DNA of 64,000 nucleotides from a virus (IMGVR_UViG_3300045391_003842:32001-96000); one strand, 5' to 3'; positions 18,423-27,793 are shown, counted from the stretch's first letter. Numbers and translations are program-made. The notes: generated from the sequence alone by a model not told the origin.

Positions 18423-19366
18423 GGTGGACTCCTGTATTGTCAGTTAACTATGCCAAGCCACGATTGACTTGCTGATTTTCTCGGGGTTTTGCTTGCCGAT
18501 TCCCGAGAAAATCCGAAAATCAATCAAAATATTCTATTTTACCTTTCGCATTACTTTAGAGGCAAAAAACCCCATTGGAATTGAAACGACAATCCAGACC
18601 GTTAGAAACTCAGTGAAAACGTGCATGGCAGGTAACTCCAGGGTTGCGGCGTTTGTGCCGTGCTCATGGTATATAGAACGGTTAGCCGTTCTGCAAGTAT
18701 TTAATTGGCACATTTACCCGCCATGTCAGCTAACATGGTGTCAATAAACCAGCCTCATAGGCCGGTATTCTCTATAAATGACAAATATGTTATATTCCCT
18801 AGAACGTCGAATGTCCGACTCATCCTGCAGGTACCGTTGTATCTAGCACGTGCTCTAGCTGGCCTATTCCAGCCCCAGGAATGCCCGTCTGTGGCTTCGC
18901 CGATCAGCGGCGCACCGGTACTAGGTCTGCCATTCGAGACCCTATGCGCTGATCTGTGGTCAAGACGTGCTGTCTGGGGGCTTGTCGCCCAGGTAATGCC
19001 TCACCACATGATACACATGAGAATATCGGCCATATACTAGGGAATCTCACGAGTCTCACGCTATGAGTTAACATAATGTAGATTCTACGGTCTTCGAGCA
19101 CCACATAACACATTGATTCTATTGGTGTTATGCATACGTAATGGAATGATTACCCATTGTCATGCGTATGTGACACCTCACATGGCACATAGATAGGACA
19201 TTAAGCACAGGTTGTATATCAAACGCGTGATGCGAGACACGGCATACCGACACAACCATACCGGGGAGGTGGGGCAACCTGTGGTTGTTTTGGCCGGGTT
19301 TGGGGGTTTAGCACCTCTCGATTTTTTAGAATTTTTTGATTATGGCAGTTTTACATGCCAATCTAC

Positions 19367-19456
19367 TGACACTGCCTATCGGCTCACACCCCAAATCCCC
19401 TGACACCCCATATCAGTTGACACGGCCTATCAATTACTGACACTATCAACTGACAC
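19367..19456 (+). repeat. Cluster of five direct TGACAC repeats
   Basis: TGACAC at 19367, 19401, 19418, 19438 and 19451. Four are followed by TATC within 0-4 nt. Confidence 0.6.
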
Positions 19457-19508
19457 CCCTAAACCAACCACCCCCTATATCCACTCCATAACCCCAGGAG
19501 CCACCCCC

Positions 19509-19748
19509 ATGGACCAAGCCACCCACGACATGCACATCCGCGCCGGCACCGCCTATGGTAAAGCCGCCACCTGCGGTCAGAAGGTCGATTACCGCACAGA
19601 AGAATCCGCTGACCGATCGGCCGCGGTTATGATGCGCAAGGGCAGCAAAGCGCTGGAGGCTTACCCGTGCGCCTTCTGCCAGGGCTGGCATATCGGCCGT
19701 GCCATGACAGAGGCCGAACGCGTGCAGTTCTCGACTCCAACGCCTTAA
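19509..19748 (+). CDS. Small Cys/His phage protein
   Basis: CGQKV.Y...AYPCAFCQGWHIG. AGGAG RBS. Confidence 0.7.
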   Translation: MDQATHDMHIRAGTAYGKAATCGQKVDYRTEESADRSAAVMMRKGSKALEAYPCAFCQGWHIGRAMTEAERVQFSTPTP

Positions 19749-19910
19749 TTGACACTATAATACGCCAAAACCTATAACCACCCCAGCCAAGCCGCCTTAC
19801 CACGCCCTATCCGACACCGGGGATTGATCCTGTCGGACGTATGCAGATACCGAACTGGCGTGGGAGGCTTGGCCACCAGCCTCAATCAACCCCCCAACCC
19901 AGGACCAGCC

Positions 19911-20345
19911 ATGCCAGCACCGCCAGCCAAGCCCGATCCCTGGTATGCCGATCGGCCGAACGAGGCGAACCAGCCGCCGGTCACCATTCCCCTGTCTTTG
20001 GCGCGTGCGCTGGAGGATCGCTGCTGGGCGACAGGGGAGAACGAATGGGCGGCCTTCATGAACAAGGCGATCACAGCCGCGGGCCACACACCGGTTGGGC
20101 TCCTGCCGTCTGACACCACGCCGACGCCAGAAGAGGATGCGCTGACCAAGGCTTTCGCTAACGAACCGCACATTCTGGATTTCAAGAAGGCCTGGGCGAT
20201 CCAGCGGGCGCGCGGCAACAAGCTGATGCATCAGCCGCGGTGCAGTTCGGTACCTGGATGGGATAAGCTATCCGGGCCGACGTTCCTGTGCGATTGCGGC
20301 GCGATCGTCGCCGAGTGGCAGAAGATCAGGGGCAAGCTGCCGTAA
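19911..20345 (+). CDS. Hypothetical protein
   Basis: AGGAC RBS before MPAPPAK. Confidence 0.6.
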   Translation: MPAPPAKPDPWYADRPNEANQPPVTIPLSLARALEDRCWATGENEWAAFMNKAITAAGHTPVGLLPSDTTPTPEEDALTKAFANEPHILDFKKAWAIQRARGNKLMHQPRCSSVPGWDKLSGPTFLCDCGAIVAEWQKIRGKLP

Positions 20346-20419
20346 GCTTCCGTGCATTAAAAAGGGCCGCCTCCCAGCAGCCCTTACCGCTCGCCCGTTA
20401 ATTGCTAATTCACACGGTG

Positions 20420-21256
20420 CTATCCAAGCGCCTCGCGGACCATCCGGTTCACCAGATCCGGGTCTTCCGCGAGCTTTGCGGCCAAGCACCTGCGTTCGTC
20501 GGCTGTCAGCGAAAACCATCCGCTGGCGAAGAATTTTCGGCCCGCCGGTACCGTGGCTGGGCCGAATAGCGAGTCTACGTCTTCCACATCTGCGTCCTCC
20601 CAGGTTCTGCCGCGTTCCGCGGCGATCTCTCTTATCTTGGCCACCTGATCTTCCGGCGCGGCCTTGGCTACGGTCAACAGCACGGATTGGTTGTCGGCGA
20701 GCCCGGCGGCGCGCACGATGGTTTTGGCGGCTGGTTCGATGTTCGCCACCCGCATGGCGCGCTGCGCCTCGGTGCGGTCAATGCCAAGATCGCGTGCGGC
20801 TGCATTAATTCCACTTTCGGGGCGCCCGGCCCGGCGCTGGGATTTCGACGCAAGTTGAGCCGAAACTTCCCGCGACTCGCGCAACCGGATCCACTTCGCG
20901 ATGAGTTCCTTGCGCTCCAGGGCCACCAGTTCGCGCCGATGGAGGTTTTCCGCCACCTCCCACATCTGCGCCGTCTCCAGGTCTGGAGCCTTGTTGAAGG
21001 GAACGGATTCCCAGCCCAGGCGCGTCACCGCCTCCAGCCGGTTGCGCCCGGCGACAAGCATCACGGCGTTACCGATGATACCTTCGTCGGGCGTCTCCAG
21101 GTCTTTGACATAGAGCAATGTGATTGGCGTCCGGAGCCCGATGTCCTTGATAGACGACATCAGGTCCGTAACGGTTTTCTCATCTACGGACCTGCGGTGC
21201 ACAGGAACATAGATCGACTCTACGGATTCGTATCCGTCGCAGGCTATGGTTTTCAT
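20420..21256 (-). CDS. ParB/Srx N-terminal domain protein with HTH
   Basis: LMSSIKDIGLRTPI, LVAGRNRLEA, EVAENLHRREL. HTH INAAARDLGIDRTEAQR. Confidence 0.85.
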   Translation of the reverse strand: MKTIACDGYESVESIYVPVHRRSVDEKTVTDLMSSIKDIGLRTPITLLYVKDLETPDEGIIGNAVMLVAGRNRLEAVTRLGWESVPFNKAPDLETAQMWEVAENLHRRELVALERKELIAKWIRLRESREVSAQLASKSQRRAGRPESGINAAARDLGIDRTEAQRAMRVANIEPAAKTIVRAAGLADNQSVLLTVAKAAPEDQVAKIREIAAERGRTWEDADVEDVDSLFGPATVPAGRKFFASGWFSLTADERRCLAAKLAEDPDLVNRMVREALG

Positions 21257-21292
21257 TGCGATATTAAACCCGCCGCAAGATAGGGTTTCGGA

Positions 21293-22396
21293 TTAGGCTA
21301 CCGGCGGGAATATATCACTGTGCCAGTGCAGTGATCCAGAAAGTTTCTTTTGATTTTGCGTGTACGCGTTCCAACCGAGAATGATCGATGCGGCGGTGTG
21401 CACGGCGGGGTATCCGTCCACGTTCTTTTGCACGTCGCCGCGCAGGATCGCCTGATGCAGCACGCGCGCCGGATCTTTCGGACCGAGCGGCGAATTGCCG
21501 GTCATCAAAACCTCATAGAACGGCTCAAACAGGGTATCGGCGAACTTGCTCCGCTGCTTGATCAGGTAGCAGGCCGCGGCGCCGGCTGCCTGGGAAAAGC
21601 CAGGGAACCGCTTCCTCTCTTCGGTCGGTCTGCTTTCCTTGAAGCTGTCGTGGATGCCGCGGTACAGCCGAGCCCCAAGCTTCACCGACTCATGCACGTT
21701 GGGATAGCGCGCGAGCACCGGCATGATGTCGTAAGTCTGGATGGTGATGCGGGTGCGGCCGTTGAACTTGATGTCCTCCAGCAGCCGCACCGTGGCGTGC
21801 GTGTGGTCCGAATCCGCGACGTTGTTCACCTCCATGATGTCGTTGCCGGCGCGCTGCTTGTTGGTATCGATATTGATGCGGCTCGCGGCGCTGGCGCCTG
21901 TGGTCAGATATACGCCAAGGGTTTCACCTGTAACGAGGCAGGCCAAGCAACGATGCTGGCCAGTGCCCAGGTTATAGTCATCGTGCATGACGATGGCTTC
22001 CGGGTGCGCGTGGTCCCATTTCCCGTCGCGGATCCAGGTGATGACCCGCTTGAGATCGTCCAGGCTGATGTTGCGGTTGTGCTTGTTGTGTTGGAGAAGG
22101 ACGTAGGCATGGGCCGGCGTCATCCGGATCGCCTGCGAGTGCAGCTTGTGCTGCGCTGCCGACATGCCGGTGAACATCTCATCGATTACCAGTTGTTCCT
22201 TGATGGTTTTGTCGAACCACTGCTGGGCTTCCCAGATCTGCATCGCCGTTAGCTTGTTGATGCCGCGGAGCGTTTCCAAAAGCTTCTCAGAGTCTCTAGG
22301 CCGAGAAGAGTTGTGTACCCGAATATGATACGCGAGCACCTTCATGACACTTTCATCATGGCTGCTCAGTGTGTATTTCTTGCTCGTGGTGGGCAT
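21293..22396 (-). CDS. Divergent ParB-like domain protein
   Basis: MTPAHAYVLLQHNKHNRNIS...GKW...GQHRCLAC...IDTNKQR. Matches the phage NR...GQHRL ParB-like family. Confidence 0.7.
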   Translation of the reverse strand: MPTTSKKYTLSSHDESVMKVLAYHIRVHNSSRPRDSEKLLETLRGINKLTAMQIWEAQQWFDKTIKEQLVIDEMFTGMSAAQHKLHSQAIRMTPAHAYVLLQHNKHNRNISLDDLKRVITWIRDGKWDHAHPEAIVMHDDYNLGTGQHRCLACLVTGETLGVYLTTGASAASRINIDTNKQRAGNDIMEVNNVADSDHTHATVRLLEDIKFNGRTRITIQTYDIMPVLARYPNVHESVKLGARLYRGIHDSFKESRPTEERKRFPGFSQAAGAAACYLIKQRSKFADTLFEPFYEVLMTGNSPLGPKDPARVLHQAILRGDVQKNVDGYPAVHTAASIILGWNAYTQNQKKLSGSLHWHSDIFPPVA

Positions 22397-22537
22397 GGAG
22401 AATTAACCTTTCTTGGTTGATCAAGCTGGAAGTCGTGCAACCCGGCCATTCAAGCGGGTGTAGGCTAGTAGCTGATATTTGTAATGTGGAGACAAAATGC
22501 TACATTGTCAATATCTGACACATAAATGTGCCAATAA

Positions 22538-22819
22538 ATGAACACACGTCTCATTTCTAATTCTGTTCCTCTGCCAACGTTGCAGCGTATAGCTCAGTTT
22601 GTTAGAACGGAGGCCCAACGCCGCAAGCGCGGATTGGGTTTCGGATACGGTGATGACAAAACCGCAGAATCGCTGATCGCCCAGGCCGACGCGTTTGAGG
22701 CAGGCCTGAATGGGACTATCCCGCCGCAGTGGGAGTCCTATATATCTGAGGCTATGCACAAGGACGATCCCGAGTTTGACTTGTACGTGCGGCTGAAATC
22801 CAAGTTTGAAAACCCCTAG
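22538..22819 (+). CDS. Hypothetical protein with C-terminal DPExxxYxRLKxKF motif (1)
   Basis: Ends DPEFDLYVRLKSKFENP. Confidence 0.7.
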   Translation: MNTRLISNSVPLPTLQRIAQFVRTEAQRRKRGLGFGYGDDKTAESLIAQADAFEAGLNGTIPPQWESYISEAMHKDDPEFDLYVRLKSKFENP

Positions 22820-22831
22820 CAGGACACTCTA

Positions 22832-23101
22832 ATGCCACATAACTCAGTACAACTTCGTCGCGTTGCCGAACTGGCGTTGCTGGAAGGCAACCGTCAGATA
22901 CGCGCCGTTGGCAAATGCGGCTTGCCGAACCCTCCGCGTGAGGCAGCCTTGCGTCTGATCTCTCAGGCGGAAGGCTTTCTGGCGGCGTTGAGCGGGAACG
23001 CGCCGACCGATTGGCGGAGATTTGTGATTGCTGCGGCCCACGAAGGCGATCCTGAATACGCGCAGTATCTGCGCCTGAAGGAGAAGTTCGATGGAGAATA
23101 A
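22832..23101 (+). CDS. Hypothetical protein with C-terminal DPExxxYxRLKxKF motif (2)
   Basis: Ends DPEYAQYLRLKEKFDGE. Paralog of (1). Confidence 0.7.
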   Translation: MPHNSVQLRRVAELALLEGNRQIRAVGKCGLPNPPREAALRLISQAEGFLAALSGNAPTDWRRFVIAAAHEGDPEYAQYLRLKEKFDGE

Positions 23102-23435
23102 TGCAGTGCCTGACACGGCCGATGCGCCGGTACCGCCGAGGCGTGACCCGTTTCCGGCGGCCTTGTTCGCTAACCTCGCCGGGCTCACGCCTGATCAGAT
23201 CGGGGCCACGGCGCAGCGCGTTTGGGCCACGGCCAAAACGGAATCCGGCCGGACGGCCAAGCCGGAAATCCTCGAAGTTTGCAAGATCCGTGAGGCCCAG
23301 GCCGTGGCGGTGATCGCGACGCTCAGAGGCACCGTGCTCATCGGGTGGGAGCCTGACGCCAAGGAAGTGCTCATTCGCTGCGATCCTGAATGGGACACCT
23401 ATCAGCGGCTGAAACGGAAGTTCGGCGACCGTTAG
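23091..23435 (+). CDS. Hypothetical protein with C-terminal DPExxxYxRLKxKF motif (3)
   Basis: Ends DPEWDTYQRLKRKFGDR. Confidence 0.7.
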   Translation: MENNAVPDTADAPVPPRRDPFPAALFANLAGLTPDQIGATAQRVWATAKTESGRTAKPEILEVCKIREAQAVAVIATLRGTVLIGWEPDAKEVLIRCDPEWDTYQRLKRKFGDR

Positions 23436-23455
23436 CACGCACAGTTGAGGATAGA

Positions 23456-23629
23456 ATGTCAGGCACGACTCCAGCCGATCATCTGAAATGCCGCTACTGC
23501 ACGTGGATCACAGCGAAGTGGCTCACCAAGAACGGCAAGCGGACATCCGGCTGGAGCCGGCTTGAAGCGCATCTGGAGGACGCGCACGGCATCATCGCCA
23601 AGCTATCGTCAACTTCAGAGGACGATTGA
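23456..23629 (+). CDS. Small C2H2 zinc-finger-like protein
   Basis: CRYC...HLEDAH. GAGG RBS. Confidence 0.6.
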   Translation: MSGTTPADHLKCRYCTWITAKWLTKNGKRTSGWSRLEAHLEDAHGIIAKLSSTSEDD

Positions 23630-23687
23630 CTGAGCCGAACCCGTATGTCACATATATCTGCCACTTAACCATTAACCAGGACTCGTC

Positions 23688-24047
23688 ATGAAACAACTCA
23701 CTATTGACCTTATTGATATCGGTCTTGAGCGTGCGCTTGCAGCCCTCGAAAATCACTCCGTTGGCAGTGCGGACGCACTTCCCGTCCTGCACGCGATCGA
23801 AGTGATCGCCGAAGCCCGCAAGGCCGCGGCGTTAGCCAGTATGGCCCAGGACGTGCACGACATGGCCCAGACGCTTCGCGCCTTCGGCGCCTCCAACCAG
23901 TTCGCGTTGCTGGCGGATCTCGTGGAAACAGGACTGGCAGCGGCGGTGGTCGGGCTCGACTCGGAGATCGGCAAGCAGGTTGATCCAGGCTCGCGCGCCG
24001 CCGCCACGCTGCTGGCGCGCATCGCCAAGATGGGAGGGAAGGCATGA
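23688..24047 (+). CDS. Hypothetical protein
   Basis: AGGAC RBS. Confidence 0.65.
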   Translation: MKQLTIDLIDIGLERALAALENHSVGSADALPVLHAIEVIAEARKAAALASMAQDVHDMAQTLRAFGASNQFALLADLVETGLAAAVVGLDSEIGKQVDPGSRAAATLLARIAKMGGKA

Positions 24048-24604
24048 CGGCCGCGGACGAACTCAAACGCATTGACGGCTATATGGGCGGCCGTATTCCC
24101 TATCACTGGGTGGAGCAACGCGACGGCAAGGCCGCTTTCTTCATCGGCTCCATGCATATTGGGTCCGCGAGCTTTGACGGCGCCACCGAACTCTGGTCCT
24201 GGCGCAGCCAGTTCTTTAGCATACCGCCGCACGCGTCGCACAAGTCTCTGGCGAAGTTGACCATGGACGTGGAGCGTGCGGCCGGCGTGCGCCACGTGGA
24301 GCCGCCGCTGACGATGGTTGTCAGAGAGGCGGCCGATGTCGCGCAGCGTTGGTTGCAGACCTACGTCATGCAGTTCGCCGACGCCCAGCCGATCAAGAGC
24401 GCCGACGCCGAATCCTTGGCCATTGCCATGTATGGGGCCATGGATATGGAGACGCGGGCCAACCAGCAGACCAGCCTGCGCCTGAGCGTGGATATGACGG
24501 TGGAGTCGCTGGCCAAACAGATCGGCGTCAGTGAGGCGGCCCTGTTGAGCCATATCGGTCAGGCGAACAAAACGCGCGTGCGCAGCGAGAAGGGGGCAGC
24601 CTGA
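24044..24604 (+). CDS. Hypothetical protein
   Basis: ATGA coupling. Confidence 0.65.
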   Translation: MTAADELKRIDGYMGGRIPYHWVEQRDGKAAFFIGSMHIGSASFDGATELWSWRSQFFSIPPHASHKSLAKLTMDVERAAGVRHVEPPLTMVVREAADVAQRWLQTYVMQFADAQPIKSADAESLAIAMYGAMDMETRANQQTSLRLSVDMTVESLAKQIGVSEAALLSHIGQANKTRVRSEKGAA

Positions 24605-24605
24605 C

Positions 24606-25211
24606 ATGCTGACTCTCGGCCCTGAGTTCATCCCTCTCCAGATCAACTGGCGCCAGTCACCGACCGATCCCAACATGCTTGTCGGCCGCCTGGGTGAAAT
24701 CGTCCTGTGGAAAATAAACATCGCGGGCGACAAGGTGTTTCTGCGCAGTACCACCATCAGTTCGATTCCGGTGGAGATGCAGAAGCTGCGGAAACTCACG
24801 AATGTCGAGATGATGCAGCCACTGCCGTTCGACACCGTGGATCAGGCGAAGATGGCGGTGCAGATCTACGTCGCCGGTATGCGGGTGAAGCTACCAGACC
24901 ATGACGATATGCGTGAGCGGAGCACCGAGGCCACGGCGGCGCTGGTGCGAATTCGCGACGTGCTCGCCGGCTGCCCGATGACCGTACCGATGCCGGGCTC
25001 GTACGACATCATGAACGGCAACGTGAGCGTCGCGGCGACGGCTGACCGGATATGCACGGCGGTCCGCGTCCTCTGCGATGCCTGGGAGCGACGGCCCAAG
25101 GTGACGAAACTTGAGCCCAGCTTCCCGCCGATCCCCTGGCGTGAGCAGGTTTGGCGCTGGGGACTCCTCGCCACGCTCGCCATTGATGTCGCGGTCAACA
25201 TCCTGCACTGA
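24606..25211 (+). CDS. Hypothetical protein, C-terminal TM
   Basis: In-operon ORF. Confidence 0.65.
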   Translation: MLTLGPEFIPLQINWRQSPTDPNMLVGRLGEIVLWKINIAGDKVFLRSTTISSIPVEMQKLRKLTNVEMMQPLPFDTVDQAKMAVQIYVAGMRVKLPDHDDMRERSTEATAALVRIRDVLAGCPMTVPMPGSYDIMNGNVSVAATADRICTAVRVLCDAWERRPKVTKLEPSFPPIPWREQVWRWGLLATLAIDVAVNILH

Positions 25212-25219
25212 GGCCTGCC

Positions 25220-25771
25220 ATGCTGCACCAAAAAATAGACAGTTTCAGCGGCTACCATGATTTTCTGTCGAACTTCTTTCCCGATGATATATGGATCAAA
25301 GGAAAGGCCTACAGAACACTTGAACATGCTTTCCAGGCGGCGAAACATACTGATCCTGTATTTCAGGAACAGATACGGTTGACGCGTGAACCCGGCGCCG
25401 CGAAGCGTTTGGCGCGCTCCAAGCCGGCCCGTGACAACTGGGATTACATCAAAGTGGGCGTCATGCTGGAATTGCTGCGCATGAAGTTCGCCGATCCTCG
25501 CTTGCGGGCGATGCTGCTGGATACCGGTGATCTGTATCTGGAGGAAGGCAACACCTGGGGCGACGAGTACTGGGGCACTGTGAAGGGTGTCGGCAAGAAC
25601 ATGCTGGGGCATTTGCTGATGCAGGTTCGCAAAGAACTCAAAAAGACCAAATCAAGAACAGAGATGGAAGATCTGCTGAATCCGGCGAGCATCAAATGCG
25701 ACGACCAGAACTGTTCCAACTACAGGAACATGCGCGGCGGGTGCGATCTCTGCGGCGCGCCCTGTCTCTAG
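25220..25771 (+). CDS. NADAR (YbiA-like) family hydrolase
   Basis: FLSNF, EHAFQAAK, AKRLAR, MKFADPRLRAMLLDTG, EGNTWGDEYWG, GKNMLGHLLMQVR. Cys-rich C-terminal extension. Confidence 0.92.
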   Translation: MLHQKIDSFSGYHDFLSNFFPDDIWIKGKAYRTLEHAFQAAKHTDPVFQEQIRLTREPGAAKRLARSKPARDNWDYIKVGVMLELLRMKFADPRLRAMLLDTGDLYLEEGNTWGDEYWGTVKGVGKNMLGHLLMQVRKELKKTKSRTEMEDLLNPASIKCDDQNCSNYRNMRGGCDLCGAPCL

Positions 25772-25917
25772 GCGATTTCATTTGTATCGACCGCGCGACC
25801 AGCGCTATGGATAGAGCGTCGGTTGCGCGGTACGGAAATGATGACGCTCGCTGAACACATCCTGGTATGTTCTGGGTTGGTTATCTGCATTCTGGCCATG
25901 ATCGTGGTGGTGCGACG

Positions 25918-26301
25918 ATGAGTTTTCCTGTTCCGCCGGGCGGCCGGACGACCAAAGAGCGCATGCGTCAATTATTGGACGAGGCGAAAGCCAACGTCAA
26001 ACGCCTGGATTCCTGTCCAGGACCACACGATTTCCGACAAATCTCCGCGAAAGTCTTTGGTGGGCGCTGGCAATGCGCGTCCTGCGGTGGTGAAGTCGAT
26101 ACCGTAGCTTACGCGTGGTATATGAAAGGACTGATCCATGGACGATCTACCCTCTCCAGCGCCGGACGGCCCGCGTGCTCGTCTGACGGAGACCTACCGT
26201 CAGGATTTGATGGGTGTGGCGCGGACGATGAAGATCCATGCCCAGCAACTGCTGACGAAGGCGGAAGCTGCGGAGCGGATGCTGACGGAGGTGATGTCTG
26301 A
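25918..26301 (+). CDS. Zn-ribbon hypothetical protein
   Basis: CPGPHDF...WQCASCGG. Confidence 0.55.
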   Translation: MSFPVPPGGRTTKERMRQLLDEAKANVKRLDSCPGPHDFRQISAKVFGGRWQCASCGGEVDTVAYAWYMKGLIHGRSTLSSAGRPACSSDGDLPSGFDGCGADDEDPCPATADEGGSCGADADGGDV

Positions 26302-27274
26302 GTCGCGGCCGATCGGCGTTTCGCATGAACAGTACATGGCGGCCTGGAACAGCCGCATGCATGACGTTCTGCACGCGGCCGATCGCATGGCGGATATCGA
26401 CATCCCGGAGCCACCGGAACTGCTGACAGGCAAGCATGGCAGGATCATCGTCATGGATGACCTGGGTGCTGGGGTCGCGGTGGCGTCGCACACCCATCCG
26501 ATGCCGGGCGACTATACGCAACTGGAGGCCTACGCCATGACCTGTCCGATGCGCCCGCGTTTGGCAGGGCTCGCGCCGTCGCCGGTCTTCAAGAATGCCA
26601 GTGGTGAGCGCCTTGGCAAGCCCAACGAAGAACCAAGGCCGGATGAAATCTGCGTCGGCTATGTGCCGGTAACCCATACGGGCCGGTTCCAGCCGCAGAA
26701 ACTGAGCCACGATGGCAAAAAACTGTCATTGGCGGCGATGTACGGCGGCAAGCTGCATGAAAACTTGGTGCAGAGTTTCAGCCAATTCGTCGGCATGGAC
26801 GTGAATGACGCCAAGGTGCAGATCACGGCGGAGACTGTCGCGTTGGTCAGCAAGATGCAGGAAGACATGATGACTACGCTGGGCGTGGCGCCACACTGGG
26901 ACATCCCTGACCAACGCGTCATGGTGGTGGCGCCCGGTACGGCCGGCGCTTGCACCGACGCCGAGCGTGAGCAGATCGAACGTTCTATGGCGGATCCGGC
27001 CATGCTGGAGCCCGAGCGCGCCCGGCTCGAGTCGCTGGGGTTCAAGGCGGCGCCGGTACCGACATCGGGCACCACGCGAATCGCGGACATGGACGTGACG
27101 CAGCGCCTGCGAGAGATCCAGGCCGATCGCGAGGCCGCGGAGAAGCAGACGGCACTGCCGGCGGAGGATTGGCGGCACAACGGCGCGTGTCCGATCTGCA
27201 AGACGGGCAAGGTGCGCTATGACACCTCGTACACCCGGCTTGGCTGCGAGGATTGCGGCGCCCAACCCACCTGA
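26138..27274 (+). CDS. Hypothetical mosaic protein with C-terminal Zn ribbon
   Basis: 378 aa, AAAGGA RBS, CPIC...CEDC at the end. Confidence 0.7.
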   Translation: MDDLPSPAPDGPRARLTETYRQDLMGVARTMKIHAQQLLTKAEAAERMLTEVMSESRPIGVSHEQYMAAWNSRMHDVLHAADRMADIDIPEPPELLTGKHGRIIVMDDLGAGVAVASHTHPMPGDYTQLEAYAMTCPMRPRLAGLAPSPVFKNASGERLGKPNEEPRPDEICVGYVPVTHTGRFQPQKLSHDGKKLSLAAMYGGKLHENLVQSFSQFVGMDVNDAKVQITAETVALVSKMQEDMMTTLGVAPHWDIPDQRVMVVAPGTAGACTDAEREQIERSMADPAMLEPERARLESLGFKAAPVPTSGTTRIADMDVTQRLREIQADREAAEKQTALPAEDWRHNGACPICKTGKVRYDTSYTRLGCEDCGAQPT

Positions 27275-27284
27275 TTTGACCCTA

Positions 27285-27314
27285 GTATCGTGGCATGAGA
27301 CAGTGCCACGATAC
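27285..27314. promoter_or_regulatory. Perfect 11-bp inverted repeat containing TGGCA-N8-TGCCA
   Basis: GTATCGTGGCA-tgagacag-TGCCACGATAC, just downstream of TTGACC. Confidence 0.65.
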
Positions 27315-27331
27315 GCAACCCTGGATGAACC

Positions 27332-27793
27332 ATGCGCCCTAGACTCTACCTTGCCGGCCCGATCGGCGGCGAATCCTACTCGGCCGCGACCGATTGGCGC
27401 GTGGCCACCACATCGGTGCTGGATGGCGTCATTGACTGCTTCTCGCCGATGCGCGGCTTTACCCATCTGAAGGGTGAGCAGTCCATCTCCGACACCGTCA
27501 GCCTGAGGGCGCCGCGCGTGCACACCACCAAGGGTGTGATCAGTCGCGACCACAACGACGTCCTGCGCGCGGACTGCCTGCTGGTGCGCCTGCATGGGGC
27601 GAAGAAGATCTCCACGGGCACGGCGATTGAACTGGCCTGGGCCTATCACCTGCACAAGCCGGCGGTGGTGTGGATCGAAGACGGCGACGAGAATATCCAC
27701 GCTCAGCATCCGATGCTGGTGGAGACGTTCCGCTGGCGCACGCCGTCCATCTCCGAGGCGATTGAGATCGTCAGAGGGGTTCTCCTGCCATGA
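27332..27793 (+). CDS. Nucleoside 2-deoxyribosyltransferase-like protein
   Basis: LYLAGPI, SPMR, RDHNDVLRADCLLV, STGTAIELAWAY..KP. Confidence 0.85.
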   Translation: MRPRLYLAGPIGGESYSAATDWRVATTSVLDGVIDCFSPMRGFTHLKGEQSISDTVSLRAPRVHTTKGVISRDHNDVLRADCLLVRLHGAKKISTGTAIELAWAYHLHKPAVVWIEDGDENIHAQHPMLVETFRWRTPSISEAIEIVRGVLLP

